NCBI GenBank assembly: GCA_949451605.1
Contig: CASTSB010000002.1
Location: 46,654 to 110,653, forward strand
Source: an uncultured Bacilli bacterium
Lineage (GTDB): Bacteria > Bacillota_I > Bacilli_A > RF39 > UBA660
DNA length: 64,000 bases
Direction of reading: 5' to 3'
A model generated the notes under the pieces. That model ran no database searches and had not been told where the DNA came from. It saw nothing but the letters and a program-made list of their open reading frames with translations. Of this stretch, positions 1 to 9,925 are shown in pieces; position 1 is the stretch's first letter; each line of letters starts with the position of its first letter. The position numbers and the translations under genes were made by a program.

Positions 1-159
1 CAATTTTTTAATTTTCATTTAAACTCGCTAAAAAGAAACATATAATCACCTATCCCCTAAACCAGTATTCCTATACATACAAGACCTATTATATCATAAA
101 TCAGCTTTTAAAGCACTAAAAAATAGCCATATGGCTATTTTTAATCAATAAATTAGTAA

Positions 160-651
160 CTATTTTCTTTTTTTTCTATTTCTCATTATAAAATCAAGTC
201 TAGAAGCTCGAGAAACTTGATTTTCTATACTTCGATAAGAGCTAGGAACAATTATTTCTTTATCATTATCAAAAACAATTTTAGTATTATAACTATCAAG
301 TTTTTCATAATTTTTTAGATGATTTAAAGAAATCCAAATACAGTCAGAAGAAAGCGGAGAAGTTGTTGGAAAAACTATTAAATTATCAGCTTCATCAACA
401 ATTATAGGAACTTTATATTCAGCTCCTAATATACTTCTAGCTCCTTCTTTTCTTCCATTATAAGTGCTACCAAAATATAAACAGCTATCTTCCATTATTT
501 CAAATGGAGTTTGATTTACCAAATATCTTTCCTTATCTTCATAAACTAAACTAGTAGTTTTTTCATTAGGAACAATAGCTAAAGTTCCTTTCGAAATTTC
601 ATATTTCATATTTTTATCCCCCTTCGAAAGCCAATTATTGCTTTCGTCCAA
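160..651 (-). CDS. comK: ComK-family competence transcription factor (ComK-like)
   Basis: By-eye alignment to the B. subtilis ComK core: AIVP..., CxYFGSTYNGRKEGA (FFGSSYAGRKAG in Bsu), PIIVDxxxxLIVFPTTSPLSSDC(G)WIS, SYRSIENQV (SYNSFENQV). Length 163 aa. Sits just downstream of dnaN on the same strand. Confidence 0.6.
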   Translation of the reverse strand: MDESNNWLSKGDKNMKYEISKGTLAIVPNEKTTSLVYEDKERYLVNQTPFEIMEDSCLYFGSTYNGRKEGARSILGAEYKVPIIVDEADNLIVFPTTSPLSSDCIWISLNHLKNYEKLDSYNTKIVFDNDKEIIVPSSYRSIENQVSRASRLDFIMRNRKKRK

Positions 652-734
652 AAGGATACACTACTTTTTTGTCGAATTTTATCGAAATATGACGAATAAT
701 GTAAAAAAATAAAAAAACTTGAAAAATCAAGTTT

Positions 735-1862
735 TTAATATGTTCTAATTGGTAAAACTAATTGAGTTAAAGATTCATCTTCTTGAGATTTAATTAAAAT
801 TGGTTTTACTTCTCCAACAAAATGAATATCCACAGTATCTGTTGAAAAACTTTTTAAGGCTTCCATCATATATTTTGCACTAAAAGATATCTTTATTTCT
901 TCTGAATTATTTTTAGTAATATTCATTTTTTCTTCTACTCTACCAATTTCTGCAGAACTACTCTTTAATATTAATGTGTTTCCATTTGTTTCTAATGTTA
1001 CTATATTCTTTTCTTTATCGCTTGTTAAAATACTAACACGATCAATTACATCATAAAAAGCATTTAACGATGTTGTTATTACTAAGAACGAATCATCTGG
1101 TAATAAGTTTGAAGTATTAGGATAAGTTCCATTTATTAATCTTGATTCAAATTTTAAATTACCATTCTTAAATAAAATTTTATTACTAAAGATATGTAAT
1201 TCAATATCTTCTTCTTCATCACTTAGTATTCTAGAAAATTCAATTACATTATGACTAGGAATTACAATATTATAATTTTCTTCACTTGGCCTATCTAATT
1301 TAACAATCTTTCTTGCTAATCTATAAGAATCCGTTGAATTACATTCTAAAATATCCCCTACAATATTAAAATTAATACCAGTAAGTACAGGCTTACTTTC
1401 TTCATTAGATGTAGCAAAAGCTGTTTGATTAATAATATTTTTAAAAGCTCCTGCTTTAATAATAACTTTCTTCTTACTTTCTTCTAATCCTATATTAGGA
1501 TATTCACTTTCACTTATACCATTTAAATTAAATTCACTATTTTCAGTATATATTAATATTTTTAATTCATCTATTACTTCTATATTAATATATTTATCAG
1601 GTAATTTTCTTACTATATCTAAAATGTATTTTCCTTGAATAATTATACTACCTTCATTTTCAACAGTAAAATCTTCATCACTATTAGATTCAATAACTGT
1701 TTGAATAGTAATATCATTATCACTAGCTGTTAATGTTAATCTTTTCTTTTTCAATTCAAATTTTACACCAGCAAGTACTGGTATTAAATTTTTGGTTGAG
1801 ATTGCTTTAGATACTTTATTTAAAGCATCTAATAATAAGTCCTTTTTAATTGTTAATTTCAT
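735..1862 (-). CDS. dnaN: DNA polymerase III beta sliding clamp
   Basis: 375 aa. Immediately downstream of dnaA on the same strand. N-terminus MKLTIxKDLL and overall length are typical of DnaN. Confidence 0.9.
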   Translation of the reverse strand: MKLTIKKDLLLDALNKVSKAISTKNLIPVLAGVKFELKKKRLTLTASDNDITIQTVIESNSDEDFTVENEGSIIIQGKYILDIVRKLPDKYINIEVIDELKILIYTENSEFNLNGISESEYPNIGLEESKKKVIIKAGAFKNIINQTAFATSNEESKPVLTGINFNIVGDILECNSTDSYRLARKIVKLDRPSEENYNIVIPSHNVIEFSRILSDEEEDIELHIFSNKILFKNGNLKFESRLINGTYPNTSNLLPDDSFLVITTSLNAFYDVIDRVSILTSDKEKNIVTLETNGNTLILKSSSAEIGRVEEKMNITKNNSEEIKISFSAKYMMEALKSFSTDTVDIHFVGEVKPILIKSQEDESLTQLVLPIRTY

Positions 1863-1994
1863 AATTATATTCCTTCTTTCTTTAAGATTTTATTATTATT
1901 ACTGTGGAAAAAGTGGATAACTTTCTTTTTCCTAAGTATATCAACAAAAAGTTATCAACATATCCTGTGGAAAAACTGTTATTAACTCATATTT
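1863..1994. promoter_or_regulatory. dnaA-dnaN spacer with DnaA boxes (second oriC module)
   Basis: TGTGGAAAA at 1903-1911 and 1966-1974 (reverse complement TTTTCCACA), AGTGGATAA at 1912-1920, TTATCAACA at 1952-1960. A bipartite oriC flanking dnaA is typical of Firmicutes. Confidence 0.55.
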
Positions 1995-3356
1995 TTACAC
2001 AAGACCTATATCTTTCTTTAGCTTTTCTATTATATTAGCTAAATCTTTATTAACTTTTATTTCATTTTCAATTTTTTCAACTGAATGCATAACTGTTGAA
2101 TGGTCTTTTCCACCAAACTCTATACCAATTCTTGGAAATGATTCCGATGTCATTATTCTACAGAGGTACATTGCAATTTGTCTAGGAAAAGAAATATTAG
2201 AACTTCTCTTTTTACTTCTAATATCTTCAACAGAAATTTGAAAGTATTCAGATACAATTTTTTGTATTCTATGAACATCATTCTTTTCCCCTATTCCTTT
2301 ACTAACTGTGTCTTTTAAAGCCTCAACAGCAAGATCTAAATTAATTTCTGCACTTCCCATCATTGAGGAATAAGCTACAAGTCTTGTTATAGACCCCTCT
2401 AATTGCCTTACATTAGTACCAGTATTAGATGCAATATATTCTATAACATCATCTGGAATGTCTTTTTCTAAGTTTTCAGCAATTATTTTTTTTCTTATTA
2501 TTTGAGATCTTAATTCAAAATCTGGAGGAAAAATATTAACTTCTAATCCCCAAGTAAACCTTGTTCTAAGTCTATCCTCTAATACTTTTAAATCATTTGG
2601 AGATCTATCAGAAGATATAATTATTTGCTTACTATCATTATATAAATTATTAAAAGTATGGAAAAACTCTTGTTGAGTTTTTGTAGCTCCTCCTAAAAAT
2701 TGTATATCATCTATAATCAAAACATCAATGTTTCTATATTTATTTTTAAAGAAGTCTACATAATTAAAATTTGTTTCCAAATCATCTTTTCTATTTGTTT
2801 TTATAAAGTCCTGGATAAATTGTTCACTTGTTACATATAGAACTCTTTTATTAGAATTATTTGTAATATAATTTCCAATTGCATGCATTAAGTGTGTTTT
2901 TCCTAATCCGCTCTCTCCATATAAGAATAATGGATTGTACATATTACCAGGATTTTCAGCAACAGAAAGAGCAGCTGCATGAGCAAATTTATTACTATTA
3001 CCTACTACAAAGTTATCAAATGAATACTGTTTTTTTAAATTAGAATTTATATGTTCATCTTTTACAACTTCTTCTCTTACAAGATTAGTCTCCTCTATTT
3101 CTGTTTCTATCTCCTCATTTAATAGAAAAATAAGTTCACAATTAGATCCAGTAATTTTATTAAGTTTTTCAGAGATTAAATTTTCATAATTATCAATTAA
3201 ATGCTTCTTATGAATTGGCATCGGCACTATTATATAAGCTTTAGAATTATCTATTCTATAAAGTTTTGTTTCAGAAAACCAGGTTTGATAAGCTAAAGAT
3301 GATAATTCATCTTTAATTTCTAATAAGAAATTTGACCAAATTGAATCAAAATTCAT
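1995..3356 (-). CDS. dnaA: chromosomal replication initiator DnaA
   Basis: 453 aa. Walker A GESGLGKTHL, sensor and Walker B regions, and a C-terminal DnaA-box binding domain (FGGKDHSTVMHS). DnaA boxes on both flanks. Confidence 0.95.
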   Translation of the reverse strand: MNFDSIWSNFLLEIKDELSSLAYQTWFSETKLYRIDNSKAYIIVPMPIHKKHLIDNYENLISEKLNKITGSNCELIFLLNEEIETEIEETNLVREEVVKDEHINSNLKKQYSFDNFVVGNSNKFAHAAALSVAENPGNMYNPLFLYGESGLGKTHLMHAIGNYITNNSNKRVLYVTSEQFIQDFIKTNRKDDLETNFNYVDFFKNKYRNIDVLIIDDIQFLGGATKTQQEFFHTFNNLYNDSKQIIISSDRSPNDLKVLEDRLRTRFTWGLEVNIFPPDFELRSQIIRKKIIAENLEKDIPDDVIEYIASNTGTNVRQLEGSITRLVAYSSMMGSAEINLDLAVEALKDTVSKGIGEKNDVHRIQKIVSEYFQISVEDIRSKKRSSNISFPRQIAMYLCRIMTSESFPRIGIEFGGKDHSTVMHSVEKIENEIKVNKDLANIIEKLKKDIGLV

Positions 3357-3782
3357 TGATTATCATCTCCCCTGATTTAAAAATTACGATTACTAGTTTA
3401 ACTTAAAACCTTTAAAAAAGAAACTATTTTTTTGAAAAATTTCAAAAAGTTTTTAAAACTAAATATCTAACTTCAAAATAACTAAAAAAACTAAAAAAAT
3501 CAACAAAAAGTGGGGAAAAAATGTTTAAAACTTTTTCTACAAATTTAGACAAAATTCTATCCACATCTTATCCACAAAATATTCCACAATTAAAATTATT
3601 GAAAAATAAGGCTAAAATATACTTTTCCACATTTTCCACAGATTAAGATTTAACAATGTTAATTATAGTTATTAACAATGCTGTGGAATATGTGGATTAA
3701 TAAATAATTATTTAAAAATTAATTGACAAAAACATATTGTTCTTATTATAATAGGGTAGATTTATGTCTGGAGGTGGAGTAG
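3357..3782. promoter_or_regulatory. oriC: DnaA-box cluster between divergent dnaA and rpmH
   Basis: Perfect TTATCCACA at 3568-3576. Near-consensus boxes: CTATCCACA 3557-3565, TATTCCACA 3580-3588, TTTTCCACA at 3623-3631 and 3632-3640, and inverted TGTGGAATA 3683-3691 / TGTGGATTA 3691-3699. Divergent transcription leaves from here and most genes on each side are co-oriented with replication. Confidence 0.7.
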
Positions 3783-3905
3783 ATGAAAAGAACATATCAA
3801 CCAAACAATCGCAAAAAAGCAAAAAGATTAGGTTTTTTTGCTCGTAAAAAAACAAATATATTAAATCGTCGTCGTCGCAAAGGACGCAAAACTCTTTGTA
3901 AATAA
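3783..3905 (+). CDS. rpmH: 50S ribosomal protein L34
   Basis: Small ORF below the ORF-track size cutoff: MKRTYQPNNRKKAKRLGFFARKKTNILNRRRRKGRKTLCK (40 aa). RBS GGAGGTGGAGTAG upstream. Directly upstream of rnpA. Confidence 0.85.
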   Translation: MKRTYQPNNRKKAKRLGFFARKKTNILNRRRRKGRKTLCK

Positions 3906-3910
3906 AATAC

Positions 3911-3940
3911 CGCTGCTAAAACAGTGGTTTTTTACTCTTT
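3911..3940 (+). terminator. hairpin plus T-tract between rpmH and rnpA (attenuator or partial terminator)
   Basis: CCGCTGctaaaaCAGTGG followed by TTTTTT. The stem has one mismatch. Confidence 0.35.
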
Positions 3941-3969
3941 AAATAATAAAGCAAAAGGGGATATATAAG

Positions 3970-4323
3970 ATGAGAAAGTTATATATAGTAAAAAATAAAC
4001 GAGACTTTGATCAAATAATAAATAATAGTAAGTTTAAAAAAAATAAAAGCTTTATTATTTATTTTCAGTCTAACAAACTAATTTACGATAGATTTGGGAT
4101 ATCAGTAGGTAAGAAATTAGGAAATGCTGTTTTTAGAAACACTTATAAAAGAAAAATTAGATCAATAATTGATAAATATAAAAAAAGCTATGTAAACAGC
4201 CAAGATTATATTATAATATTAAGAAGAAGTGCTCTTGACAAAACTTTTCAAGAATTAGATGAAGACTTCAATAAATTAATGAATAATATAAGAGAGGAAT
4301 CAAATGAAGAAGAAAAACACTAA
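3970..4323 (+). CDS. rnpA: ribonuclease P protein component
   Basis: 117 aa basic protein following rpmH. Has the RNR-like motif region (FGISVGKKLGNAVFRNTYKRKIR). Confidence 0.8.
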   Translation: MRKLYIVKNKRDFDQIINNSKFKKNKSFIIYFQSNKLIYDRFGISVGKKLGNAVFRNTYKRKIRSIIDKYKKSYVNSQDYIIILRRSALDKTFQELDEDFNKLMNNIREESNEEEKH

Positions 4324-5242
4324 AATTATAAAAATTTTTACAATTATTTTATTACTATTACTAACAACAGGATGTGCAAAAACTCTAACAGATAGCAATA
4401 AAAAACCAGTAAAAAATGAAGTAACTGGTCAAAATTTAACAAAAAACATTTTGTGTAAGCCACAAAACAAGGCTACTATAAAAGCATATAAAGAGAATAA
4501 AGTAGACATAGATAAATTACCAAGTTGTGATAATTACAAGATTACATCTGGTAAATATGAAGGTTTATGGACAAGCTTTTTTATAAAACCTCTTGCATTT
4601 TTATTATTGTTATTAGGAAGTAAGATTGGTAATTATGCTGTATCATTAATAATAATAAGCTTAATAATCAGACTAATTGCGTATCCTATTACTAAAAAAA
4701 CCGCAATGCAGTCAGAATTAATAAAAAAAGCACAACCAGAATTGAATAAAATCCAAAACAAATATAAAAATAAACAAGATCAAGAATCAATGATAAAACA
4801 AAATCAAGAAATGCTAATGGTTTATAAAAAATATAATATTAATCCTTTATCTGGATGTTTATTTTCACTTATTCAATTACCTTTATTGATAGCATTTTTT
4901 GAAGCTATTCAAAGAACTCCAGCTATTTTTGAAGGAAAGTTCTTAGGATTGCAATTAGGTACAACACCAAGTGTTGGAATTACTAGTGCAAGCTTTTATG
5001 CTTATATAATTCTAATAGTTTTAATAGGAATTACAACTTATTTATCTTTTAAATTAAATTCTGCCGCAAATATGCAAGATCCTAGTATGAAAATGATGCC
5101 AATTATGATGACAGTTATGATTATTATAACAGGTTTAGCAATGCCATCTGCATTAGGTATTTATTGGATTACAACAAATATATTTACAATAATTCAAAAT
5201 ATTTTAGTTAAAAGGAGTAAGGAAGTAAATGGAAAAGCATAA
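4304..5242 (+). CDS. yidC: membrane protein insertase YidC/SpoIIIJ (lipoprotein form)
   Basis: 312 aa. Lipoprotein signal LLLTTGCAK, multiple transmembrane segments. Conserved rnpA-yidC-jag order. Confidence 0.85.
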   Translation: MKKKNTKIIKIFTIILLLLLTTGCAKTLTDSNKKPVKNEVTGQNLTKNILCKPQNKATIKAYKENKVDIDKLPSCDNYKITSGKYEGLWTSFFIKPLAFLLLLLGSKIGNYAVSLIIISLIIRLIAYPITKKTAMQSELIKKAQPELNKIQNKYKNKQDQESMIKQNQEMLMVYKKYNINPLSGCLFSLIQLPLLIAFFEAIQRTPAIFEGKFLGLQLGTTPSVGITSASFYAYIILIVLIGITTYLSFKLNSAANMQDPSMKMMPIMMTVMIIITGLAMPSALGIYWITTNIFTIIQNILVKRSKEVNGKA

Positions 5243-5843
5243 TTATATTGGTAAATCATTTGAAGAGGCTAAACAAAATGCCATTACAGATTTACAACAA
5301 TTAGAAGCAGACTTAATAATAAAGGAAACAAAAACTACAAAAAGTGGATTATTTAAATCTTCTAAAGTAGAAATAGAAGTAATTGAAAAAAATGAGGTAA
5401 TAAAATATATTAAAGATTACTTAATACAATTACTTAAAGATTTAGGATTTAATGCTCAAGTTGAGTTAAAAAACAAAAGTGAAGTGCCAACATATTTAAT
5501 TTTTTCTGATAACGATGCATTACTAATAGGAAAAAACGGAAAAAATTTAAAAGCTCTTTCATATTACGTTTCTTTACATATTAATAAAGAAATTGGAAGT
5601 AATATTAAATTTATAATTGATGTAAATGATTATAAAAAGAAAAGAGAAAAAAGTTTAGAATCATTAGCAAAAAGAATTGCAAAAGAAGTTTCAGAAACAA
5701 AAATAGAAGCAAAATTAGATTCTATGAATTCATATGAAAGAAGAATAATTCATAATACTTTAACAAATAATAAAAAGGTTTATACTGAAAGTGAAGGTAC
5801 TGAACCAAATAGATATGTTGTTATAAAACCAAAAGAAGATTAA
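5229..5843 (+). CDS. jag: Jag/KhpB RNA-binding protein (KH + R3H)
   Basis: 204 aa. Sits after yidC. C-terminal R3H-like SMNSYERRIIHNTL. Confidence 0.75.
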   Translation: MEKHNYIGKSFEEAKQNAITDLQQLEADLIIKETKTTKSGLFKSSKVEIEVIEKNEVIKYIKDYLIQLLKDLGFNAQVELKNKSEVPTYLIFSDNDALLIGKNGKNLKALSYYVSLHINKEIGSNIKFIIDVNDYKKKREKSLESLAKRIAKEVSETKIEAKLDSMNSYERRIIHNTLTNNKKVYTESEGTEPNRYVVIKPKED

Positions 5844-5903
5844 TTCTTCTTTTTTTTAATTATAAAGTGTGCTATAATATGTAGGAATTGGAGGGGAAAC
5901 TTT

Positions 5904-7256
5904 ATGGATGATACAATTGTTGCTATATCTACAGCCTTAGGTGTAGGAGCTATATCTATTGTGAGATTAAGTGGAGAAGAAGCTATTGATATTGTTGCTT
6001 CATGCTTTAAAGGTAAAAATTTAAAAGAAGTATCTTCTCATACAATTAATTACGGACATATCTATAATGAAGAAGAGTTAATTGATGAAGTATTAGTTTC
6101 AGTTATGAAAGCTCCAAAAACTTATACAAGCGAAGATGTAGTTGAAATTAACTGTCATGGAGGAATTATCGCTACAAACAAAATATTAGAAACGATGTTA
6201 ACTCATGGTGCAAGATTGGCGGAACCAGGAGAGTTTACAAAAAGAGCATTTTTAAACGGGAAAATAGATTTGATTAAAAGTGAATCTGTTATGGATTTAA
6301 TTGATAGTAAAACAGAAGAGGCAAGAAAATTAGCAATGTCTGGTTTAAGCGGCAGAACTTCTCAGCTAATAACTAACTTTAGAGATACTTTGAAAAATCT
6401 TTTATCACAAATTGAAGTAAATATTGATTATCCAGAGTATTATGATATAGAAGTGGTAACAGAAGAGAAAATAAAGCAAGAAATTGCTAAGATGAAAAAA
6501 GATTTAGATTATTTAGTAAAAATTTCAGAAAATAGTATGACCTTAAAAAACGGTATAAAAACAGTTATAGTTGGAAAACCAAATGTAGGAAAAAGCTCAA
6601 TTTTAAATAAATTATTAGAAGAAGATAAGGCTATTGTTACAGATATTGCAGGTACGACAAGAGATATAGTAGAAGGTGAAATTAATTTAGATGGAATTCT
6701 ATTAAATATAATTGATACTGCAGGAATAAGGAAATCTGAAGATATAGTTGAGCAAATTGGAGTAGAAAAATCAATATCTATGATTTCTCAAGCTGATCTT
6801 GTAATAGTTGTTTTAAATAATAACCAAAAATTAACAAACGAGGATTTGGAAATATTAGAAAAAACAAAGAATAAACAACGCATTATCGCAATTAATAAAA
6901 TAGATCTAGAAAAAAATATTGACTTAGATTTAAATCTTGAAAATATCATTTATACAAACACTACAGATATTAATGGAATAGAAACATTAAAAGATAAGAT
7001 AAAAGAATTATTCAAATTAGAAAAATTAAATACTAAAGATTATACTTATTTGACAAACTCAAGACAAATTGCATTAGCAAAACAAGCAAATAAATCGTTA
7101 TTAGATGCAGAAAAATCATTAAATGATGGTCTACCAGTTGATATGATAGAGATAGACTTAACAAATTGTTTTGAAACATTAGGTGAAATAATAGGGGAGT
7201 CATACAAAGAAGAAATTATAGATAATTTATTTGCAAATTTTTGTGTAGGAAAATAG
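5904..7256 (+). CDS. mnmE: tRNA modification GTPase MnmE
   Basis: 450 aa. G-domain GKPNVGKSSILN, DTAGIR, C-terminal CVGK. Confidence 0.9.
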   Translation: MDDTIVAISTALGVGAISIVRLSGEEAIDIVASCFKGKNLKEVSSHTINYGHIYNEEELIDEVLVSVMKAPKTYTSEDVVEINCHGGIIATNKILETMLTHGARLAEPGEFTKRAFLNGKIDLIKSESVMDLIDSKTEEARKLAMSGLSGRTSQLITNFRDTLKNLLSQIEVNIDYPEYYDIEVVTEEKIKQEIAKMKKDLDYLVKISENSMTLKNGIKTVIVGKPNVGKSSILNKLLEEDKAIVTDIAGTTRDIVEGEINLDGILLNIIDTAGIRKSEDIVEQIGVEKSISMISQADLVIVVLNNNQKLTNEDLEILEKTKNKQRIIAINKIDLEKNIDLDLNLENIIYTNTTDINGIETLKDKIKELFKLEKLNTKDYTYLTNSRQIALAKQANKSLLDAEKSLNDGLPVDMIEIDLTNCFETLGEIIGESYKEEIIDNLFANFCVGK

Positions 7257-7259
7257 GAA

Positions 7260-9125
7260 GTGAAAAAAATGGAATATGAAATAATTGTAGTTGGTGGTGG
7301 ACACGCTGGATGTGAAGCAGCATTATCATCAGCAAGACTTGGTCATAAAACTTTATTAGTTACAGGAAATATAAATAATATAGCTGATATGCCTTGCAAT
7401 CCTTCAATAGGAGGACCAGCAAAAGGAATAGTAGTAAGAGAAATAGATGCCCTAGGCGGAGAAATGGGTAGAAACGCAGATAAAGCAGTTCTTCAATCAA
7501 AAATGTTAAATACTAAAAAAGGTCCAGCTGTTCAAGCATTAAGATTTCAAGCAGATAAAATAACTTATCCTAAAGAAATGTTAAAAACATTACAAAATAC
7601 AAAAAATCTTGATATTAAAGAAGCTTTTGTTGAAGATCTTGTAGTAGAAAACAATAAAATTATGGGAGTAATATTAGCTGATAATAAAAAAATTTCTGCA
7701 GAAGCAGTTATTCTTACAACTGGAACTTATTTAAAAAGTGTTATTTTAACTGGAGCAAACAAAGAGCCAGGAGGTCCACATGGAGAAAATAACAGTAAAT
7801 TTCTAAGTGATAAATTAAAAGATTTAGGATTTAAAATATTAAGATTAAAGACAGGAACACCACCACGAATAGAAAAGTCTTCTATAAATTATGAAGAAAC
7901 ATCTCTTGAACCAGGTGATAAAAAAATAAGAACATTTTCTTTTGATAATATAATTTACAAAGATTCTGATGAACAAATTCCTTGTCACTTAATTTATACA
8001 ACAAAAGAAACACATGATATAATCAAGGAACATTTAAAGGAATCTAGTATGTATGGTGGATATGTAGAAGGAGTAGGTCCAAGATATTGTCCTTCAATTG
8101 AGGATAAAGTAGTAAGATTTTCAGACAAAGAAAGACATCAGCTATTTTTAGAACCTGAAAGTATTTTTTATGATGATATTTATATTCAGGGTTTTTCAAC
8201 AAGTATGCCTCATAATATTCAAGAAATTATGGTACATAGTCTACCAGGCTTAAAAAATGCTAAAATATTAAAATATGCATATGCTATAGAATACGATGCA
8301 ATAGATTCAAAGCAACTAAAACCTTCATTAGAAACTAAGATAATAGAAGGATTATTTACTGCAGGACAAATAAACGGAACAAGTGGTTATGAAGAAGCTG
8401 CAGGACAAGGTTTAATAGCAGGAATAAATGCATCTTTAAAATTAGAAAATAAAGATCCATTAATCTTAAAAAGAAACGAATCGTATATTGGAGTTTTAAT
8501 AGATGATTTAGTTACAAAAGGAATAAAAGACCCATATAGATTACTAACTTCTCGTGCAGAGTACAGATTATTATTACGTCATGATAATGCTGATTTAAGA
8601 TTAAGAGATTACGGATATAAAGTTGGGTTAATATCAGATGAAAAATATTCTATATTCAATAAAAAGAAAGAAGATATTAATGAATTAACAAATCTTTTAA
8701 TAAACACTAGGATAACTCCTAAAAAAGAAACTAATGAGTATATTGAAAGTCTTAATTCAAATCCTTTAAAAGATGGAATTTCTTTATTAGAATTTTTAAA
8801 AAGACCGGAAATAAAGATAGAAGATTTAAAACATTTTATTGAAATTCCATATAGTAGTGAAGTGCAAGAACAAGTAGAAATTAATACAAAATATGAAGGA
8901 TACATAAAGAAAGCCTTAAAAGAAGCTGATAAAATGTTAAGTTTAGAAGAAAAATCTATTCCTGAGAATCTTGATTATGATGATATTGATAATTTAGCAA
9001 GTGAAGCAAGACAAAAGTTAAAAGAAATAAGACCTATAACAATAGGCCAAGCCTCAAGAATAAGTGGAGTAAATCCTGCTGATATTTCTATTTTGATGGT
9101 TTATTTAAGAAGGAAGAAAATATAA
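7260..9125 (+). CDS. mnmG: tRNA uridine 5-carboxymethylaminomethyl modification enzyme MnmG (GidA)
   Basis: 621 aa. FAD motif IVVGGGHAGCEAA. The true start may be the ATG at 7269, after RBS AGGAAG. Confidence 0.9.
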   Translation: MKKMEYEIIVVGGGHAGCEAALSSARLGHKTLLVTGNINNIADMPCNPSIGGPAKGIVVREIDALGGEMGRNADKAVLQSKMLNTKKGPAVQALRFQADKITYPKEMLKTLQNTKNLDIKEAFVEDLVVENNKIMGVILADNKKISAEAVILTTGTYLKSVILTGANKEPGGPHGENNSKFLSDKLKDLGFKILRLKTGTPPRIEKSSINYEETSLEPGDKKIRTFSFDNIIYKDSDEQIPCHLIYTTKETHDIIKEHLKESSMYGGYVEGVGPRYCPSIEDKVVRFSDKERHQLFLEPESIFYDDIYIQGFSTSMPHNIQEIMVHSLPGLKNAKILKYAYAIEYDAIDSKQLKPSLETKIIEGLFTAGQINGTSGYEEAAGQGLIAGINASLKLENKDPLILKRNESYIGVLIDDLVTKGIKDPYRLLTSRAEYRLLLRHDNADLRLRDYGYKVGLISDEKYSIFNKKKEDINELTNLLINTRITPKKETNEYIESLNSNPLKDGISLLEFLKRPEIKIEDLKHFIEIPYSSEVQEQVEINTKYEGYIKKALKEADKMLSLEEKSIPENLDYDDIDNLASEARQKLKEIRPITIGQASRISGVNPADISILMVYLRRKKI

Positions 9126-9761
9126 ATGAATGAAAAAGAATTTTTAGATGCTTTAAAAGAATTAAATATTTATTTAACAAATGATCAATTAGATAAATTA
9201 AATAAATTTTACAATTTATTAATTGAATGGAATACTAAAATAAACTTAACAAGAATAGTTGATAAAGAATCAATTTATTTAAAACACTTCTATGATAGCT
9301 TAACTATTACTAAAGTAGTTGATTTAAGAGAATCAAAAACATTATGTGACATAGGAACAGGAGCTGGATTTCCAGGGATTGTTTTAAAAATAGTATTTCC
9401 TAATCTAAAAATAACTTTAGTAGATGCTTTGCAAAAAAGAGTTAAATATTTAAATACTATTATTAAAGAGTTGGAATTACAAGACATTAAAGCAATTCAT
9501 GCTAGAGGAGAAGATTTAAAAGATAAATTTGATATTGTAACATCCCGTGCAGTAGCTAATATAGAAAAATTATTAACTTATACTATGCATCTAGTATCAA
9601 AAGATGGAATAATGATTGCAATGAAAGGTAATATTGAGCAAGAACTTACAGAAGAAGTTTCTAAAAAGATATCAAAAAAATATAATATTATCGAAATAAA
9701 TAAATTTTTGCTGCCAAAAGAAGAAAGCAATCGTAGCTTAGTTGTTATAAAGAATAAATAA
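9126..9761 (+). CDS. rsmG: 16S rRNA (guanine527-N7)-methyltransferase RsmG (GidB)
   Basis: 211 aa. SAM motif DIGTGAGFPG. Follows mnmG. Confidence 0.85.
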   Translation: MNEKEFLDALKELNIYLTNDQLDKLNKFYNLLIEWNTKINLTRIVDKESIYLKHFYDSLTITKVVDLRESKTLCDIGTGAGFPGIVLKIVFPNLKITLVDALQKRVKYLNTIIKELELQDIKAIHARGEDLKDKFDIVTSRAVANIEKLLTYTMHLVSKDGIMIAMKGNIEQELTEEVSKKISKKYNIIEINKFLLPKEESNRSLVVIKNK

Positions 9762-9792
9762 AGTGAAACATGTACTTGATTCACTTTTTCTT
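9762..9792 (+). terminator. rho-independent terminator after rsmG
   Basis: AAGTGAAacatgtacttgaTTCACTT followed by TTTTCTTTT. Confidence 0.5.
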
Positions 9793-9925
9793 TTGTTAAA
9801 AATGAAATATTAATTGTAAATAAACATATTCTTTACTATTAGATAAATTGTTTTTCTTGAAACAACACAAAAAAAGACTTATAATGATAACATAGGGTAA
9901 ATGAAGAATGAAATGAGGGATATAA

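Noticed and set aside
8609-8905. Antisense ORFs inside mnmG, rsmG, soj, secA, uvrB and elsewhere (e.g. 8609-8905, 9290-9487, 9578-9784, 11461-12087, 13705-14052, 25738-26070, 62518-62793, 62877-63233)
   Set aside because: They lie opposite well-supported conserved genes, have F/L/I/S-rich low-complexity translations typical of AT-rich antisense frames, and have no RBS. They are spurious.
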